This document shows positions 22,989-36,854 of a stretch of 64,000 bases of DNA, one piece after another. Position 1 is the stretch's first letter, and every line of letters begins with the position of its first letter. The position numbers were made by a program, and so were the translations under genes. Source of the DNA: Octopus sinensis (Eukaryota); the NCBI RefSeq assembly GCF_006345805.1, contig NC_043011.1, positions 38,948,464 to 39,012,463 on the forward strand, written 5' to 3'. The notes under the pieces were generated by a model that was not told the origin of the DNA, made no database searches, and saw only the letters and a program-made list of their open reading frames with translations.

Positions 22989-24324
22989 GTTTAGTCGAAC
23001 GAATCGATTCCCCTTCCTCGCCAGCACTTATTTTTAGTTTTTTTTTTTTTTGCTGAACCATTAAGTTACGGGATGTAAACAACCCAACATCGGTTGTCTA
23101 GAAATGGGGTTACAAACACACATTCATTTACATACACACACACTCTCTCTCTCTCTTTCACACACACACACACACACACAGCAAGCTTTTTTCAGTTTCC
23201 GTCTACCAAACCCACTCAGGGCTTTGGTAGGCCCGAGGCCATAGGAGAAGACACTTGCCGAAGGTGCCGCGCAGTGGAACTGAACCATGGACGACATGGT
23301 TTGGAAACAAAGCTTTTGAATCACACAGCCACGCTTGCGTTTTGAAAAATATGGAACGCTACATCTATACACACACACACACACTCGTCTTAGAAACCAC
23401 GTGCCCCAGTTTGGACAAGAAAGAGTTCTTGGTGACAGATGTTTGTTCAGTAACTTTTAGAATAGAAATAACATTTACTATTCTCTTTGCCCATCTTTCT
23501 CTCTCTCTCGCTCTTTCATTTCTTCATTCGCACACTCACATCTGTTTGTTTGCAGAGGTAGATAGAAGTCAATGAACGGAGTTTCACCCAGACTTAGCTA
23601 TCTCGTACCTCCCTCACGGGGAAGCAAAAAGGAAAAAAAAGGGGGGGGGCACGGAATTGGCTGGCAGACGAAAATTGTTGAATATTTTCTGCCAGAATGG
23701 TTAATTCCTGCTGTAAACAAACACAAGAACACTTACAAACTAGAAGAATTCTCGACTCTTTTTCGGTCCCCTTTGACGTATAAAGGTAGTTTACTTCGGT
23801 AAATTTTTATTTACCGTTATTTCGAAACCCTATGGAAGCTGCTGACACCGATTGAGCAGACGTATGATGAGAGACGTTCCAACCACGACCGCTTCATTTA
23901 TTTATTTAAATATACATAGTGTATCTTGGAATGTATTACCCAGTCTGATTTTTATTTTAATTCTTAATAATGTTAGATTATGACTCGTGTACAGATATAT
24001 GGCTGCTATTTCTAGCAGTTTAAACCACTGCGCAGAGACTTTCCTTGGCTCGTTTAAGTGTTAGTAGTAGTTTTTGTTGTTGTTGTTTAGCCCCAGGTGA
24101 GTCTTAATCAGACTTACGAGTAGAAAGCATTCCAGCCTTGAAACTGTCTAATCATTTTCCAAAGCACAGAGCACTTACAACCACCATTATCCAGTCTAGC
24201 GTACCCTATACTTCAGATGGCACGGTGTGATAATTTGAGGTAGATTTGGTTACTATTTCTATTTGGTAAAGCGATCACATTGAGGACCTATACCCCCTGC
24301 TCTTCCATCTTGGTCAGGGCTCAA

Positions 24325-24490
24325 GTATTTCGTCTGCCGTTACGTTCTCAGTTCAAATTCCGCCGAGGTCGACTTTGCCTTTCATCCTTTCGGGGGTCGA
24401 TAAATTAAGTACCTGTTAAGCACTGGGGTCGATGTAATCGTCTTAATCCGTTTGTCTGTCCCTGTTTAGCCCCTTGTGGGTAATAAAGAA
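24325..24490 (+). mobile_element. Family C SINE, 5'-truncated, long tail
   Basis: B box CAGTTCAAATTCC, central GTCGACTTTGCCTTTCATCCTTTCGGGGTCGATAAATTAAGTACC, tail GCCCCTTGTGGGTAATAAAGAAA. Confidence 0.85.
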
Positions 24491-24749
24491 ACATATATAA
24501 ATAAGGCAGATAAGCTAAAACAGTCTGGTGATTAATAGATACTAATTCACCGTGACTTGAAGCAGAGATGAACAGACAGGTAGTAGTAGGTGAGATTTGA
24601 ACACGTAACCACACTGCAGATGCAGTCAAGTTGGCATTCTTGATTCTGACTTCATATTAACACAGTTCTGTTTGTCCGTGCTGTGAAATTCTGTTACATA
24701 ACAGTATACCAGTGTTCTCTTTGAATCGCCCTTTAACCACAGACACACA

Positions 24750-25350
24750 TATTCTTCACTCACACACGCTCTCTCACGTAAACATGCGTTCACACACACA
24801 CATTCTTTCGCATACACACATACATGCTCTCACTCTCACATATTTTTCTTTCACAAACACACGCTCTCTTAAACACACACACGAACACGTTCTCTTATAC
24901 ATACACAAACACACGCTCTCTTATACACACATACACAAATACACGCTCTCTTATACACAAACACACGCTCTCTCTTATACACACACACACACAAACATAC
25001 GCTCTCTCTTATACACACACACACAAACACGCTCTCTCTTGTACACACATATACAAACACACGCTCTCTCTTATACACACAAACATACGCTCTCATACAC
25101 ACATACAAACACACGCTCTCATACACACATACAAACACACGCTCTCATATATATATATATATACACACACACACTCTCTTAGGGACACGCGCGTTTTCTC
25201 TCATATACACTTACGCTCTTCTTTTACACACATATTCGGTCTGTTTCTCACACATACACAAACATCCATTTTGTCTATTTCTCTCTCTTTCGCTCTCACA
25301 TATTCTCTCTTTCTCTCACAGACTGACACACACGCTCTCTCACATATCCT
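24750..25350 (+). repeat. CA/CT compound minisatellite, unit approximately ACAAACACACGCTCTCTTATACAC
   Basis: About 10 recurrences of ACACGCTCTC followed by TTATACAC. Confidence 0.85.
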
Positions 25351-25790
25351 CGCTTTCTAACACATATACGCATACATGGCCCTCCTCTCTCACACGTATA
25401 CACACATTTTCCCTTCCTTGCGCACTTACGTGCACGACCTGACGAGTAGGGACCCGTCTGTGTGCACGTTTCTCTCGACTTACTTAACACCTATCCCCAG
25501 GATAATCTGATCCTGGGTTCCCCCACCACGTATAATACATACATACATACATACATACATCATATATACCTATGCACACATCGTGATGGTGGTCGCGACT
25601 GGAAATTGGTCCTTTCTGCTCGGGTCATTCTTGACCTTGGGCTAAACAAAACAATCACACGCAGAGCCTCGCGTCGTGCTCGCGCACACACACACCTATA
25701 TACATACATACAGCATACACACTCACGCACGCAAACGTACGTACATCACATATGTATACGCACGCACTCATTCATATAGATGTTCATCAC

Positions 25791-25827
<37 letters not shown>

Positions 25828-25869
25828 CTCACATACATAGCGTACAGTTTTACTAACCACATGTATATT

Positions 25870-26850
25870 TGTGTGTGTGTATGTATATATATATATATAT
25901 ACATACACGTATAAAAATACGTTCACCCTCGTATATTTACACATACGTCCACACCTCACACGTATTTACATATACGCACACACCCACACAGATACATATG
26001 CGTACACGCTTGTATATTTACTTATCCGTACGTACACTCGCGCATATCTACATACCCGTACACACACACACACACAGACACATATATTTACATATATGCA
26101 TATTTTCATTTATTTACATATACGTGTACACTCATATATTTACACACAAACACACACACACACACACATGTATATACGTACACACTCGTGCTCTCATTTG
26201 AGTAGTGTCGCTGTTGTTATTAATGTTTATAACGGCAATTATCTTCAAAGCTGTGTATATCTAATATTGTGATAAATGGTGAACATTTTCAGCTGCAATT
26301 ATCTCTTTCTCGTTCTCCACTACTCTCTCTCCTCTGTGTGTGTGTGTATATATATATATATACATACACGTATAAAAATACGTTCACCCTCGTATATTTA
26401 CACATACGTTCACACTCATATATTTACATACACGTCCACACCTCACACGTATTTACATATACGCACACACCCACACAGATACATATGCGTACACGCTTCT
26501 ATATTTACTTATCCGTACGTACACTCGCGCATATCTACATACCCGTACACACACACACAGACACATATATTTACATATATGCATATTTTCATTTATTTAC
26601 ATATACGTGTACACTCATATATTTACACACAAACACACACACACACACACACACATGTATATACGTACACACTCGTGCTCTCATTTGAGTAGTGTCGCTG
26701 TTGTTATTAATGTTTATAACGGCAATTATCTTCAAAGCTGTGTATATCTAATATTGTGATAAATGGTGAACATTTTCAGCTGCAATTATCTCTTTCTCGT
26801 TCTCCACTACTCTCTCTCCTCTGTGTGTGTGTGTATATATATATATATAC
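25870..26850 (+). repeat. Near-identical tandem duplication, period 461-487 bp
   Basis: Anchor CATACACGTATAAAAATACG at 25902 and 26363; anchor GCTCTCATTTGAGTAG at 26190 and 26677; junctions in (TG)n(TA)n. Confidence 0.95.
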
Positions 26851-26979
26851 ACATGCTATATGTCTGTGTATATGTTTGTGTATGCGTGTGTGTTATCCTA
26901 ACATTTCACTTCTCTCTAAATTGGTTTTTAGCTTTTTATTTTCCTTAGACTTTCGTTTTCCATTTCCCCATCCATTACG

Positions 26980-27080
26980 CTATCTGTCTGTCTATATCTA
27001 TGTATCTCTGTCTGTCTTCGTCTGTTCGTCTATCTATCTATCTATCTGTCTGTCTGTCTGTCTATGTCTCTATCTATCTC

Positions 27081-27111
<31 letters not shown>

Positions 27112-27172
27112 CTATCTATCTCTGTCTCTATCTATCTATCTATATCTGTCTCTATCTATCTATCTATATCTG

Positions 27173-27225
<53 letters not shown>

Positions 27226-27698
27226 CTGTCTCTATCTATCTATCTATCTCTGTCTCTATCTATCTATCTATCTCTGTCTCTATCTTTCTATCTATCTATC
27301 TATCTATCTATATCTGTCTCTATCTATCTATCTATCTCTGTCTCTATCTATCTATCAGTCCATTTATCTATCTATCTATCTCTGTCTCTATCTATCTATC
27401 TATCTATCTATCTATCCATTTATCTATCCATTTATCTATCTATCATCTATCTATCTATCTATCTATGAATATATATCTTTTCTCTCTCAGTTCTTCCCTG
27501 TCCATATCTAGCTATCTATCTATCTCTGTCTGTCTTTGTCTTTCTACCTGTCTTCTCTCTCGCCCCTTCTCTCTGTCTATCTGCCTCTCTGTTTGACTAT
27601 CTATCTATCTGTCTTCTTTTCCCCTTCAGACCCTCTCTTTATCTCTCTATTTGTATTTTGTCAGTTCTTTCTTCTGTTTTCCCCCCCGTCGATCTGTT

Positions 27699-27737
<39 letters not shown>

Positions 27738-28240
27738 ATCTCTCGCCAATCTCAGTTCCTATTGCACTTCGGTCCTTTCTGCCCATTCTCACCTCCTCTT
27801 TGTAACTTTGTTCTTTCTCTCTTCCCTCTCTGTTTCTCTCTCTCTCTCTCTCCCTCTCTTCCTCCCTCCGTCTAGATTTATCCCTCAGCGTCTGTTTTCG
27901 TATCTTTTTTCTCCTCTCTATTCTCCATATCTCTGTCTCTCTCTTCCCTTCTTTCTATCCCTCTCTCTTCCGCCACCTCTGTCTTTCCCTCCTCTTTATC
28001 TGTTGCTCGCTCTCTCCTACCCCTCTCTTCTCTCCTACCACTCTTCTTTCCTACCACTCTCGTTCTCTCCCCTTTCTAGCTTTCTCTTTCTCACCCTCTC
28101 TCCAGCTTTTCCCCTTCCTCTCTACTTCTCTCTATCTCTCCCCACTCTCCACATTTTTATCAAGTCCATCAACCTTAAACTTCCATTTTCTTGTGAATTT
28201 TTTTCTCTTTTTTTCTCCACATATTAACTTACTTTTTGCT
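26980..28240 (+). repeat. (TATC)n microsatellite grading into a long polypyrimidine tract
   Basis: Direct reading. Confidence 0.93.
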
Positions 28241-28450
28241 TCCAAACTACATAAAATCTATTTTATGTAATAGCTAATCCAGATCGGAATTTAAAATTTG
28301 CTCTATTGTACACACTCATTAACTGAACATCAGTAGAATTACTCACACGCTGTGTGCTGTCTCCCTAAAACCAGTTACCAACCGCAGTCCTTAAGGCCCT
28401 TCGGGGTCCTTTCGAAATTTTATTGCGAAAATTTGGGCAATAAACTGGTT

Positions 28451-28828
28451 GTGGCTGTGTGGTAAGTAGCTTGCTAACCAACCACATGGTTCCGGGTTCA
28501 GTCCCACTGCGTGGCATCTTGGGCAGGTGTCTTCTGCTATAGCCCCGGGCCGACCAATGCCTTGTGAGTGGATTTGGTAGACGGAAACTGAAAGAAGCCT
28601 GTCGTATATATGTATATGTGTGTGTCTGTGTTTGTCCCCCCAATATCGCTTGACAACCGATGCTGGTGTGTTTACGTCCCCGTCACTTAGCGGTTCGGCA
28701 AAAGAGACCGATAGAATAAGTACTGGGCTTACAAAGAATAAGTCCCGGGGTCGATTTGCTCGACTAAAGGCGGTGCTCCAGCATGGCTGCAGTCAAATGA
28801 CTGAAACAAGTAAAAGGGTAAAAGAGAG
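28451..28828 (+). mobile_element. Family A SINE, young (CpG intact)
   Basis: Diagnostic CTGCTATAGCCCCGGGCCGACCAATGCC shared with 38078-38480. Confidence 0.9.
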
Positions 28829-29126
28829 TGTATATAAATAAAGCTGAAGTTGTCTGTGTATGGCAGGTTTGGTAGCCTTCAACTAACACTATCTCCTCCC
28901 TGTGGCGCAAGTTGACCAAAATTGAGAGTATGATAGAAGGCTTGCCAAAACTGACGATAGAACCACTTCATGTATTCACATAGTACAGGTAATAAAATGC
29001 TAATTTCTTTGTTCATCTATTTTGTCACCTGTGCTATATGAATACATGATGTGGTTCTATAATCAGATTTGACTGCTATTTCTGGCATGGTGGTGCCTCT
29101 TTGATACTGCTAATTATAATTATATA

Positions 29127-29410
29127 TCACGTGACCGACCAGACCATCAGATGTTGTTACACATCGCTAGTCACAATGCGTTTGCATTGTTTTAGCCTTC
29201 AAATGATGCCACCCTGCTGGCTAAGTGAGCAGGCCAACAGAAGAAAGAGTGAAAGAAAGTGTGGTGAAAGAGTACAGCAGGGATCACCACCCCCTGCCGG
29301 AGCCTCGTGGAGCTTTAAGGTGTTTTCGCTCAATAAACACTCACAACGCCTGGTCTGGGAATCGAAACCGCGAGTCCGCTGCCCTAACCACTGGGCCATT
29401 GCGCCTCCAC
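29127..29410 (-). mobile_element. Family B SINE (body B1 + tail Z), 12-bp TSD
   Basis: TSD TATAATTATATA at 29115-29126 and 29411-29422; head revcomp CTAACCACTGGGCCATTGCGCCTCCAC. Confidence 0.88.
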
Positions 29411-29574
29411 TATAATTATATACATATGAATAAAATAAAACTTACTTGGAAATGTATGTATGTATACAGAGTAGCATAGAATAGTTTTTCTACCTGGCTG
29501 GCTCCTGTCAACCATCCTATCCATGCATGCATGGAAGATGGATGTTAAATAATGATGATGACACATACACACAC

Positions 29575-29787
29575 AAAAGGGGATGCTGAAAAGTTGCTGG
29601 CTTTGAGTAAAAGAAAATACAGGAGGATCAGTTAAGTATGATTTTATCCAACATATTCCCCTCTCAGATTCACACACTTATTGCAGCAGTTCTTCAGGTT
29701 TTCTAAAACCCTGTAAAAGAACTGTTGGGCCTCCAATCAGGCCTTTCATGTTATCCTTAGAGCCAGGAACTTTCCAGCACCCCATTG
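29575..29787. mobile_element. Mariner-derived MITE (about 213 bp)
   Basis: TIRs GGGGATGCTGAAAAGTTGCTGGCT / AGCCAGGAACTTTCCAGCACCCC; minus strand retains a transposase C-terminal remnant FYRVLENLKNCCNKCVNLRGEYVG. Confidence 0.8.
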
Positions 29788-31474
29788 TTTATATATATAT
29801 ATATATATATATGATAGTAAATGCCAAACCGAATTTGTGTCCGTGTGTCACACTTTGACCCCTTCTCTCACTATTCAGTGAAACTTCTACTATTCCTCAT
29901 GTTGGGGTGAGAGTAATAGTAGGCATAGACAGTGATAGTGGTAGTAGATTGACGGTTGTGATGGTAGTGGGGTGATAGTAATAGTATGAGCTGTAGTTGT
30001 GATAGAGGCGGAGGCAACGGTGGCAGTGGTGATGAGTTGGTCAGGGATGACGGTAATAGTAAGCGATGTGAAAAACAGTGGTGAAGGTGGTGGAGAGGAA
30101 GGTGGCTAAGTCAATGGTATTGATGGTGGTGGCGTCAGAAGTCTGAATAATGTGTGTATGGCAGTTGTGGTGGTACTGGTGATGGTCGAAAACAATCAAC
30201 AGAAAGAGAAAAGAGAGGTTAGATAGAAAAAAATATTTTACTGACCCCCAAATGGGAAGACAGAAAATGTTGTTTATCATGCAACTTTGCAATAAGTTCC
30301 AAGTCGACAAATTATATCATTGTTTTTATGAGAAATGTTCATTGTTTGAAAAATATTGGTCAAGTTTAATAAAATTTGATATTTACACAGTGCATAAAGT
30401 GTCATTGTTGAGCCCAAGGCTCAATGAAGTGCCCCCACAGGAGCTAGCTATCGGGCAGCTTTTAAGCTTGTATATATATATGTATATATATATGAGACAG
30501 GCATATCAAATCCACTCGCTTGTCTTTGATTGGCCCAAGGCAAAAGTAGAAGATACCTGCCTAAGATGTTACACAGTGGCTCTATACCTGGATCCATGTG
30601 GCTGGGAAGCAAGTTTCTTGTCACACCTATATATATATACATGGCAGGCTTCTTTCAGTTTCTGCCTACCAAATCCACTCTCAAGGCTTTGGTTGTCCTG
30701 AGGCTATGGAAGACACTTTCCTAACGTGTCATGCTATAGGGCTGAACCTGGAACCATGTGATTGAGAAGCTCCTTACCATACACCCATATATATATATAT
30801 ATATATATAGTACACACACAAAGCTAGCAGGTATTGGATGAATATAATTGTAGGCTTTGATCATAGGGTATTGTAGGAGGTAAGTTTACTGATAACAGCA
30901 TGTGTTGTGTCAAATGTAGCAGGCATTTTATCGATCTCTGGCATTATTTTTGTGATAAAAGTATCACCACAAAGAAGACTTTATTTACAAAGACACGGAT
31001 CAAGAAAGTGCTGCATTGATTTCTGTGAAAAATTGCAAGGAAAAAGTGTAAAGTATCGATTTGCCTTCAAAAAAAGATTAAAAAAAATTATTGTAAATAA
31101 ATATTAAAAGGGTATAGAAATAGAAGACGGTATATATATGTGTATATGTATAGTAAGGCAGTGATATGAAAGTATTACCCACTTCTTGTAAAATGATAAA
31201 ATAACTTTCTGTTACTCTCTTAGTCTATCTCCTGGAATCATTCAGCATGTTTGCAGTATATATAAAACTTAGTGTGTAGTGGGAAGATTTGAGCTGTTTT
31301 CATCCAAAAGTGTCGAGGAAGGTCACTGTGTGATTGCTTGATAGTCTATGGAATTGGTAGCTAAGTTTCCCCAAAATAGCATTCTGCTGTTTGTTCGTTT
31401 TATGCCATATTTTCTTTTGCGCCCATGGTCTAATTTTGTTATTATTAATTTATGTGCCTCCTGGCTTAATGGTA

Positions 31475-31707
31475 AAGGCGGCGAGCTGGCAGAAATGTTA
31501 GCACACCGGGCGAAATACGTAGCCATATTTCATCTGCCATTACGTCCTGAGTTCAAATTCCGCCAAGGTTGACTTTGCCTTTCATCCTTTTGGGGTTGAT
31601 TAAATAAGTACCAGTTACGCACTGGGGTCGATATAATCGACTTAATCCGTTTGTCTGTCCTTGTTTGTCCCCTCTGTGATTAGCCCCTTGTGGATAGTAA
31701 AGAAATA
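31475..31707 (+). mobile_element. Family C SINE, full length, inserted in the A box of a CORE-type B SINE
   Basis: GGCGGCGAGCTGGCAGAAATGTTAG head to GCCCCTTGTGGATAGTAAAGAAATA tail; GGTAA duplicated on both sides; host resumes GGTAAGGGCGTTT. Confidence 0.85.
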
Positions 31708-34019
31708 GGTAAGGGCGTTTCAGCCATGATTGCAAGATCTTGGTTTCAATTTCCAGATGGGCGGTGCATTGGTTTCTTGAGAAATCATTTCTTTTCACGT
31801 TGCTTCTGTTTGCTCAGGTGTAAGTGGGCGTTCTGATCAGAGGGGTACATTGGCCTGCCTGCTGAGCCATTGAGGAGTGGCCTCATTAGGAACCTACCGC
31901 AATGTGACTTGCAGTGTATAACATCTGCTATAATCTGGGTAAGAAGCATGCTTTTCAACCACATGGTTCTGTGTTCAGTCCCTTTGTGTGGCACCTTGGG
32001 CAAATGCCTTCCACTTATAGCCTTGCGAGTGGATTTGGTAGATGGAAACTGAAGGAAGCCCACTGCTGAGTGGTTGGTGTTAGGAAGGGCATCCAGCTGT
32101 AAAAATTCTGCCAAAACAATTACAGAAGTTTGGTGCAGGCTTCTGCTGTGGCTGGCTCTTGTCAAACTGTCCCACCCGTACCAGCATGGAAGGTGGACAT
32201 TAAATGGTGATGACATATATTTATGTGTGTGCCTTTGTGTCTGTGTTTGTCCCACCACCATCGTTTGACAGTCGATGCTGGTGTGTTTACGTCCCCATGA
32301 CTTTGCAGTTCAGCAAAAGAGACTGATAGAATAAGCATTAGGCTTTCAAAGAATAAGTCTTGGGTCGATTTCTTTGACTGTGTAAATACCATTTCATCTT
32401 GACTACACACGGTCCTTTTTCTTCTTTTTGAGTTGTCATTGTTAATCCTTGAAGTCATCCAGCTGTGACAACTCCATCATGTAAGTGTATGTAGGGCTAC
32501 ATCAGTTAACATGTCCTTCCTTTTTAAAGCCAGTTGAGTGAGTTTTAGAGGGTGGTTTGTATGCTATTGTTTCTCTATGGTCGTATAACCTTGCAGAAAT
32601 TAAGTCTTTCACATTGGCTCGTAATCTTGGTGTTAGTAAAGGATTTTGGTTAAGGTGCTGAAAACAGTCCTCATTTTCCTTTGGTACCTTGTAGCATTTA
32701 CTCATTTGGTCTTTTTTTTTAAAGCTATGTGTTGTATCTAGAATGGTGTTATTCTAGGTCTACTTGATCAGGGCCAACCTTGGGCTAAACGACATACTTG
32801 CAACAATCCTTGCTCACATGTACATGTGTATGGAAAACAATTTGTAAAACATCCCAGGGCTTCTTTCTCCATTTGAGGTTCATGGTCTGAGCATATTCAT
32901 GCAATCATCATCATGTAATATCTGTTTTCCATGCTGGCATGGGTTGGACAGCTTCACAGGAATTGGCAAGGCCAGGGTCCTGCACCAGGTTCCATAGTCT
33001 AGGCATAGGTGTGGCTGTGTGGTAAGAAGTTTGCTTCCCGATCACATAGTTCTGGGTTCAGTCCCCACCGGGCAGACCATAGCCTTGCGAGTGGATTTGA
33101 TAGATGAAAGCTGAAAGAAGTCTGTGGTGTATACATGGGTGTGTGTGTGTTGCTGTATCCTTGCTTTGGTTTTGCATGATAGCTATAAGTGAGTGTCACT
33201 GTTATGTAAGCGGGGTCTTTCATGCCCAATCTTACATGGAAACATGACTGGTTAGGGAAAAATATTACCTTATTTGGCAACCAGTGAGGATTGGCGATAG
33301 GAAGGACATCTTTGTTGTAGAAAAACCACCTCTGACTCATGCGAGCATGGAAATGTAGACGCTAAAATGATGAAGATATGAAATACACACACAGCAGGAA
33401 TGAATCGTACACACCTTTCTGTACTAAAGTGACGCGTCCAAGTTAACCCACAATCTCATACACATACACTCGCTACATCTATGCATACACTAACTTAATC
33501 ATATACCTACACACCCCAAGACTTGGTCTTGACTTGAACAAACTTCCTCGTCACTTTGTTCAAGACTGTCTTGGATTCTGCCTAAGAATAAAAATAAAAG
33601 CGTCAGATCCCAACAATATAACATACACATTACAAATATTCTTATACCCTCAGGCATGCAGACATTCATACAATACTCATACACTTACATGAGACATCTA
33701 CGTTTAACTTATATTATTTTCTAAGTTGATGAATTTGGTTTCTGGGTTAGAGCTGAAATGTTTTAGAGCTTAGGGTATGTTCAATCAAGTGTGACCCGTG
33801 CTAAGCAAGAGAAAACGTGTTCAGACATTCACATTCAATTCCGAAACTATTGTTAGTTCGTTTACACACATACGTTTACGTAATGTCTCACGTGCTGTTA
33901 ATTTTCTTTGCACTGAAAGTTTTATGCAAGTATGGACATGTACATACATAGGTTTTATGTACAGACATACTTACACTTACACATGTAGGCCTATGTATAC
34001 ACACACACACACACAGAAG

Positions 34020-34425
34020 TGATGGTGCCACATAAAAAAGCACCAGTGCTGGGGTCACATAAGCTCTGGTAATGGTGTCACAAAGCTCTGGTGATGGTGA
34101 CGCAAAAAACACTGGTGATGGTGCCATAAGAAAAGAATTGGTGTTGGTGTCACATAAAAAGCACTGGTGCCACATAAGACACTGATTCTGGCACCACATG
34201 AAAAGTACTGGTGTTGGTGCCATGTGAAAAGCACTGGAACTGGCGCCATGTAGAAGGAACAGGTGCTGGTGCCACTTAAAAAACATACAGTACACTCAGT
34301 AAAGTGGTTGGTGTTCGGAAGGGCATTGAGCTGTAGAAATCGTGCTGAAACACATTGGGGAACCTGGTGCAGCTCCCGTTAAACTGCTCGACCCATGTCA
34401 ACATGGGAAAAATGGACGTTTAATG
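34020..34425 (+). repeat. Family D element with expanded internal 20-26-bp tandem array
   Basis: About 11 variants of CTGGTG.TGGTGCCACATAAAAAGCA before the D body; similar array (about 8 units) at 45107-45320. Confidence 0.8.
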
Positions 34426-35629
34426 GTGTTAGGTTGGTGCATTGTTTTGTTTCAATACTTCAATGTAGTTGCTTTAAAGTATGCCAAGGGACTTTAGCGA
34501 AACTATATCAAACATTGGTAACCCTTTTTTGAGAAGCAAGCCGCCATTCAGAAAGTCCCTCGGGCTGCAGGTAGCCCGTGGCTGTTCTATGGCTTATGTT
34601 GATCACACCTCGTCTGTTTCATAGTGTTAATTAAAATCTATATTCTGCTGTTCATAAGGTATGTGTTGTCAATACACACACCACACAAACACACACATAC
34701 ACACAGAAGCGTGCGTGCACATATATAATAGCTACTGAAATCACTTCTAATTTTCTGAAATATGATATGTTAACATCCGCTATATAAAATTATTTATTCT
34801 CTCTGTCCAATCAATAACTATCAATACTCAATAACAAAAATTTATTATTTCTCAGAAACAATTATAGCCCTGCTAATCAAAGATAGTTATTGATGGCTGA
34901 ATTGTTGGCGCATCGAACAAATTGCCTAGTGGAAATTTTCTTCCGGCCTTTTACGTTCCTGTGGCCAGCTCTGCCTTTCGCCCTTGAGCACTGGGGGGGG
35001 TCAATGTAATTGACAAGCTCTCTCCTCGCCTCCAAATTTCAGGTCTCGTGCCTTCAGTAGAAAAGATTATTATTATCATTGACTTCACCTTTCATCCGTT
35101 TGGGGTCGATGAAACAAATTACCAGTCGAGTAAAGTATGGTACCTGGGGGGGGGGGGTGATTTGATTGACTAACCTTCATCCCCTTCCCCTGCAAATTTC
35201 AGGCCTTGTCCATAAATTAAAAGTAATTATTATTCAGGTCAACTTTGTCCTTCATGTTTTCGGGATCAATAAAATAAGTATCCGTTGAACACTAGGGTCA
35301 ATGTAACCGACTAAAAACCCTTCCCCCGAAATTGCCCTGCTTTGTGTTATAACTTGAAATAACCATCACCACCACCACCACCATGACTACTACTGCAACA
35401 CACAGTTGAGATTATGACATCATTCATCTATATATTGCCTTTTCATACTTTCTTTCTCTCTCTCTCTCTCTGAATTCCATTCATATCTAGGTCATACAAC
35501 TATATAACTGACCATGGTATTTAACCGATAGTTTTTCGGGTGGCATTCAAGCTAACTTCTGCAGAAGGTACCTCTCAGGTCTTTGGCCCCACTATAGGGC
35601 TGCTTTGCAGCCCTCTAACCCTTGTGTAG

Positions 35630-36055
35630 TGAAACTTATTTCTGCAAATGTGCTAAGCACTTCATGCTAATCATAGTTTCATCAATAAGCGTAGGAGCAA
35701 GGTAGGAGCAGTAAAAATAGGGAGTTGGGGTCAGTGGAGCCCCATTTAAACATCCCTTCAGAAATTGAATCTCCTTACAATACTCCCTAGGAGTTCATGG
35801 TATGAAATTCATTTTCGTTGCTCCGATCTGATTGCCAATGCCATGTATTTAGTTTAAAATTCAGTAAAAATAAAGGGGGGGGGCAGTGGGACACCAATTA
35901 GGTGGCCTTTAAAAAAATAGACCCCCTTACGACATTCCCTGGGATTATGGGAGTTGCTGGTTTGAGTTTCGTTGTTCTTGCAGTAACAGCTTAGGAGGAG
36001 TTAATGAACATAAAAATATAATGGATAGAGAAACATCAATCAAATTTATATTAAG
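35630..36055 (+). repeat. Unclassified dispersed repeat F (second copy 52120-52722, interrupted by a D element)
   Basis: Shared AATGTGCTAAGCACT..., TTTAGTTTAAAATTCA.TAAAAATA..., AGGAGGAGTTAATGAACATAAAA..., CAAATTTATATTAA. Confidence 0.8.
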
Positions 36056-36072
36056 ATACATATATATATATA

Positions 36073-36286
36073 TTCTTTTACCCATTTGACTGTGGCTATG
36101 CTGGAGCACTGCCTTTAGTCGAGCAAGTCGACCCTAAGACTTATTCTTTATACGCCTATACTTATTCTATCGGTCTCTTTTGTCGAACCGCTAATTTACT
36201 GGGACATAAACACACCAGCATCGGTTGTCAAGCGATGTTGGGGTGGACAAATACAGACACAAAAACATATACTCACACACATACAT

Positions 36287-36353
<67 letters not shown>

Positions 36354-36519
36354 TACGACGGCCTTCTTTCAGTTTCCATCTACCAAGTCCACTCACAAAG
36401 TTTTGGTTGGTCTGAGGCTATAGTAGAAAACACTTGCCCAAGGTGCCACGCAGTGGGACTGAACCATGGAACCATGTGGTTGGTAAGCAATCTACTTACC
36501 ACACAGCCACTCCTACGCC

Positions 36520-36520
<1 letters not shown>
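36073..36520 (-). mobile_element. Family A SINE, full length, expanded (TA)n centre
   Basis: Revcomp tail + (TA)n + head. Confidence 0.88.
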
Positions 36521-36552
<32 letters not shown>

Positions 36553-36820
36553 TATATATAGTACACCTGAACCGGTATATGTGTGTCAGTATATTTGTGT
36601 ATATAATCAATAACAATGTATACTTTCAGATCAATCACACACTTTAAATGTGTTAAACTGTAACAACAAATCAATGAATCATTATATATTTATATTTAGC
36701 AAAGTAACAGTGGCTCAAGAGCTGAGAGTTTTATGTTGACACAATCACACACACACATTGTTTCGGGATGGACATTTTTTTTTTTTTGCCAAATATACAC
36801 CTGCACTATATATTCATTCT

Positions 36821-36854
<34 letters not shown>

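Noticed and set aside
25439-25472. CTGACGAG...GTTTC as a hammerhead
   Set aside because: The two boxes are on opposite strands for a hammerhead; no GAAA follows on the same strand.
32433-32480. Candidate 48-nt exon ending in GTAAGT
   Set aside because: Non-YAG acceptor, stops in all three frames, no GH47 similarity.
32502-32705. Minus ORF MSKCYKVPKENEDCFQH... (67 aa)
   Set aside because: No recognisable motif or splice context; length is compatible with chance.
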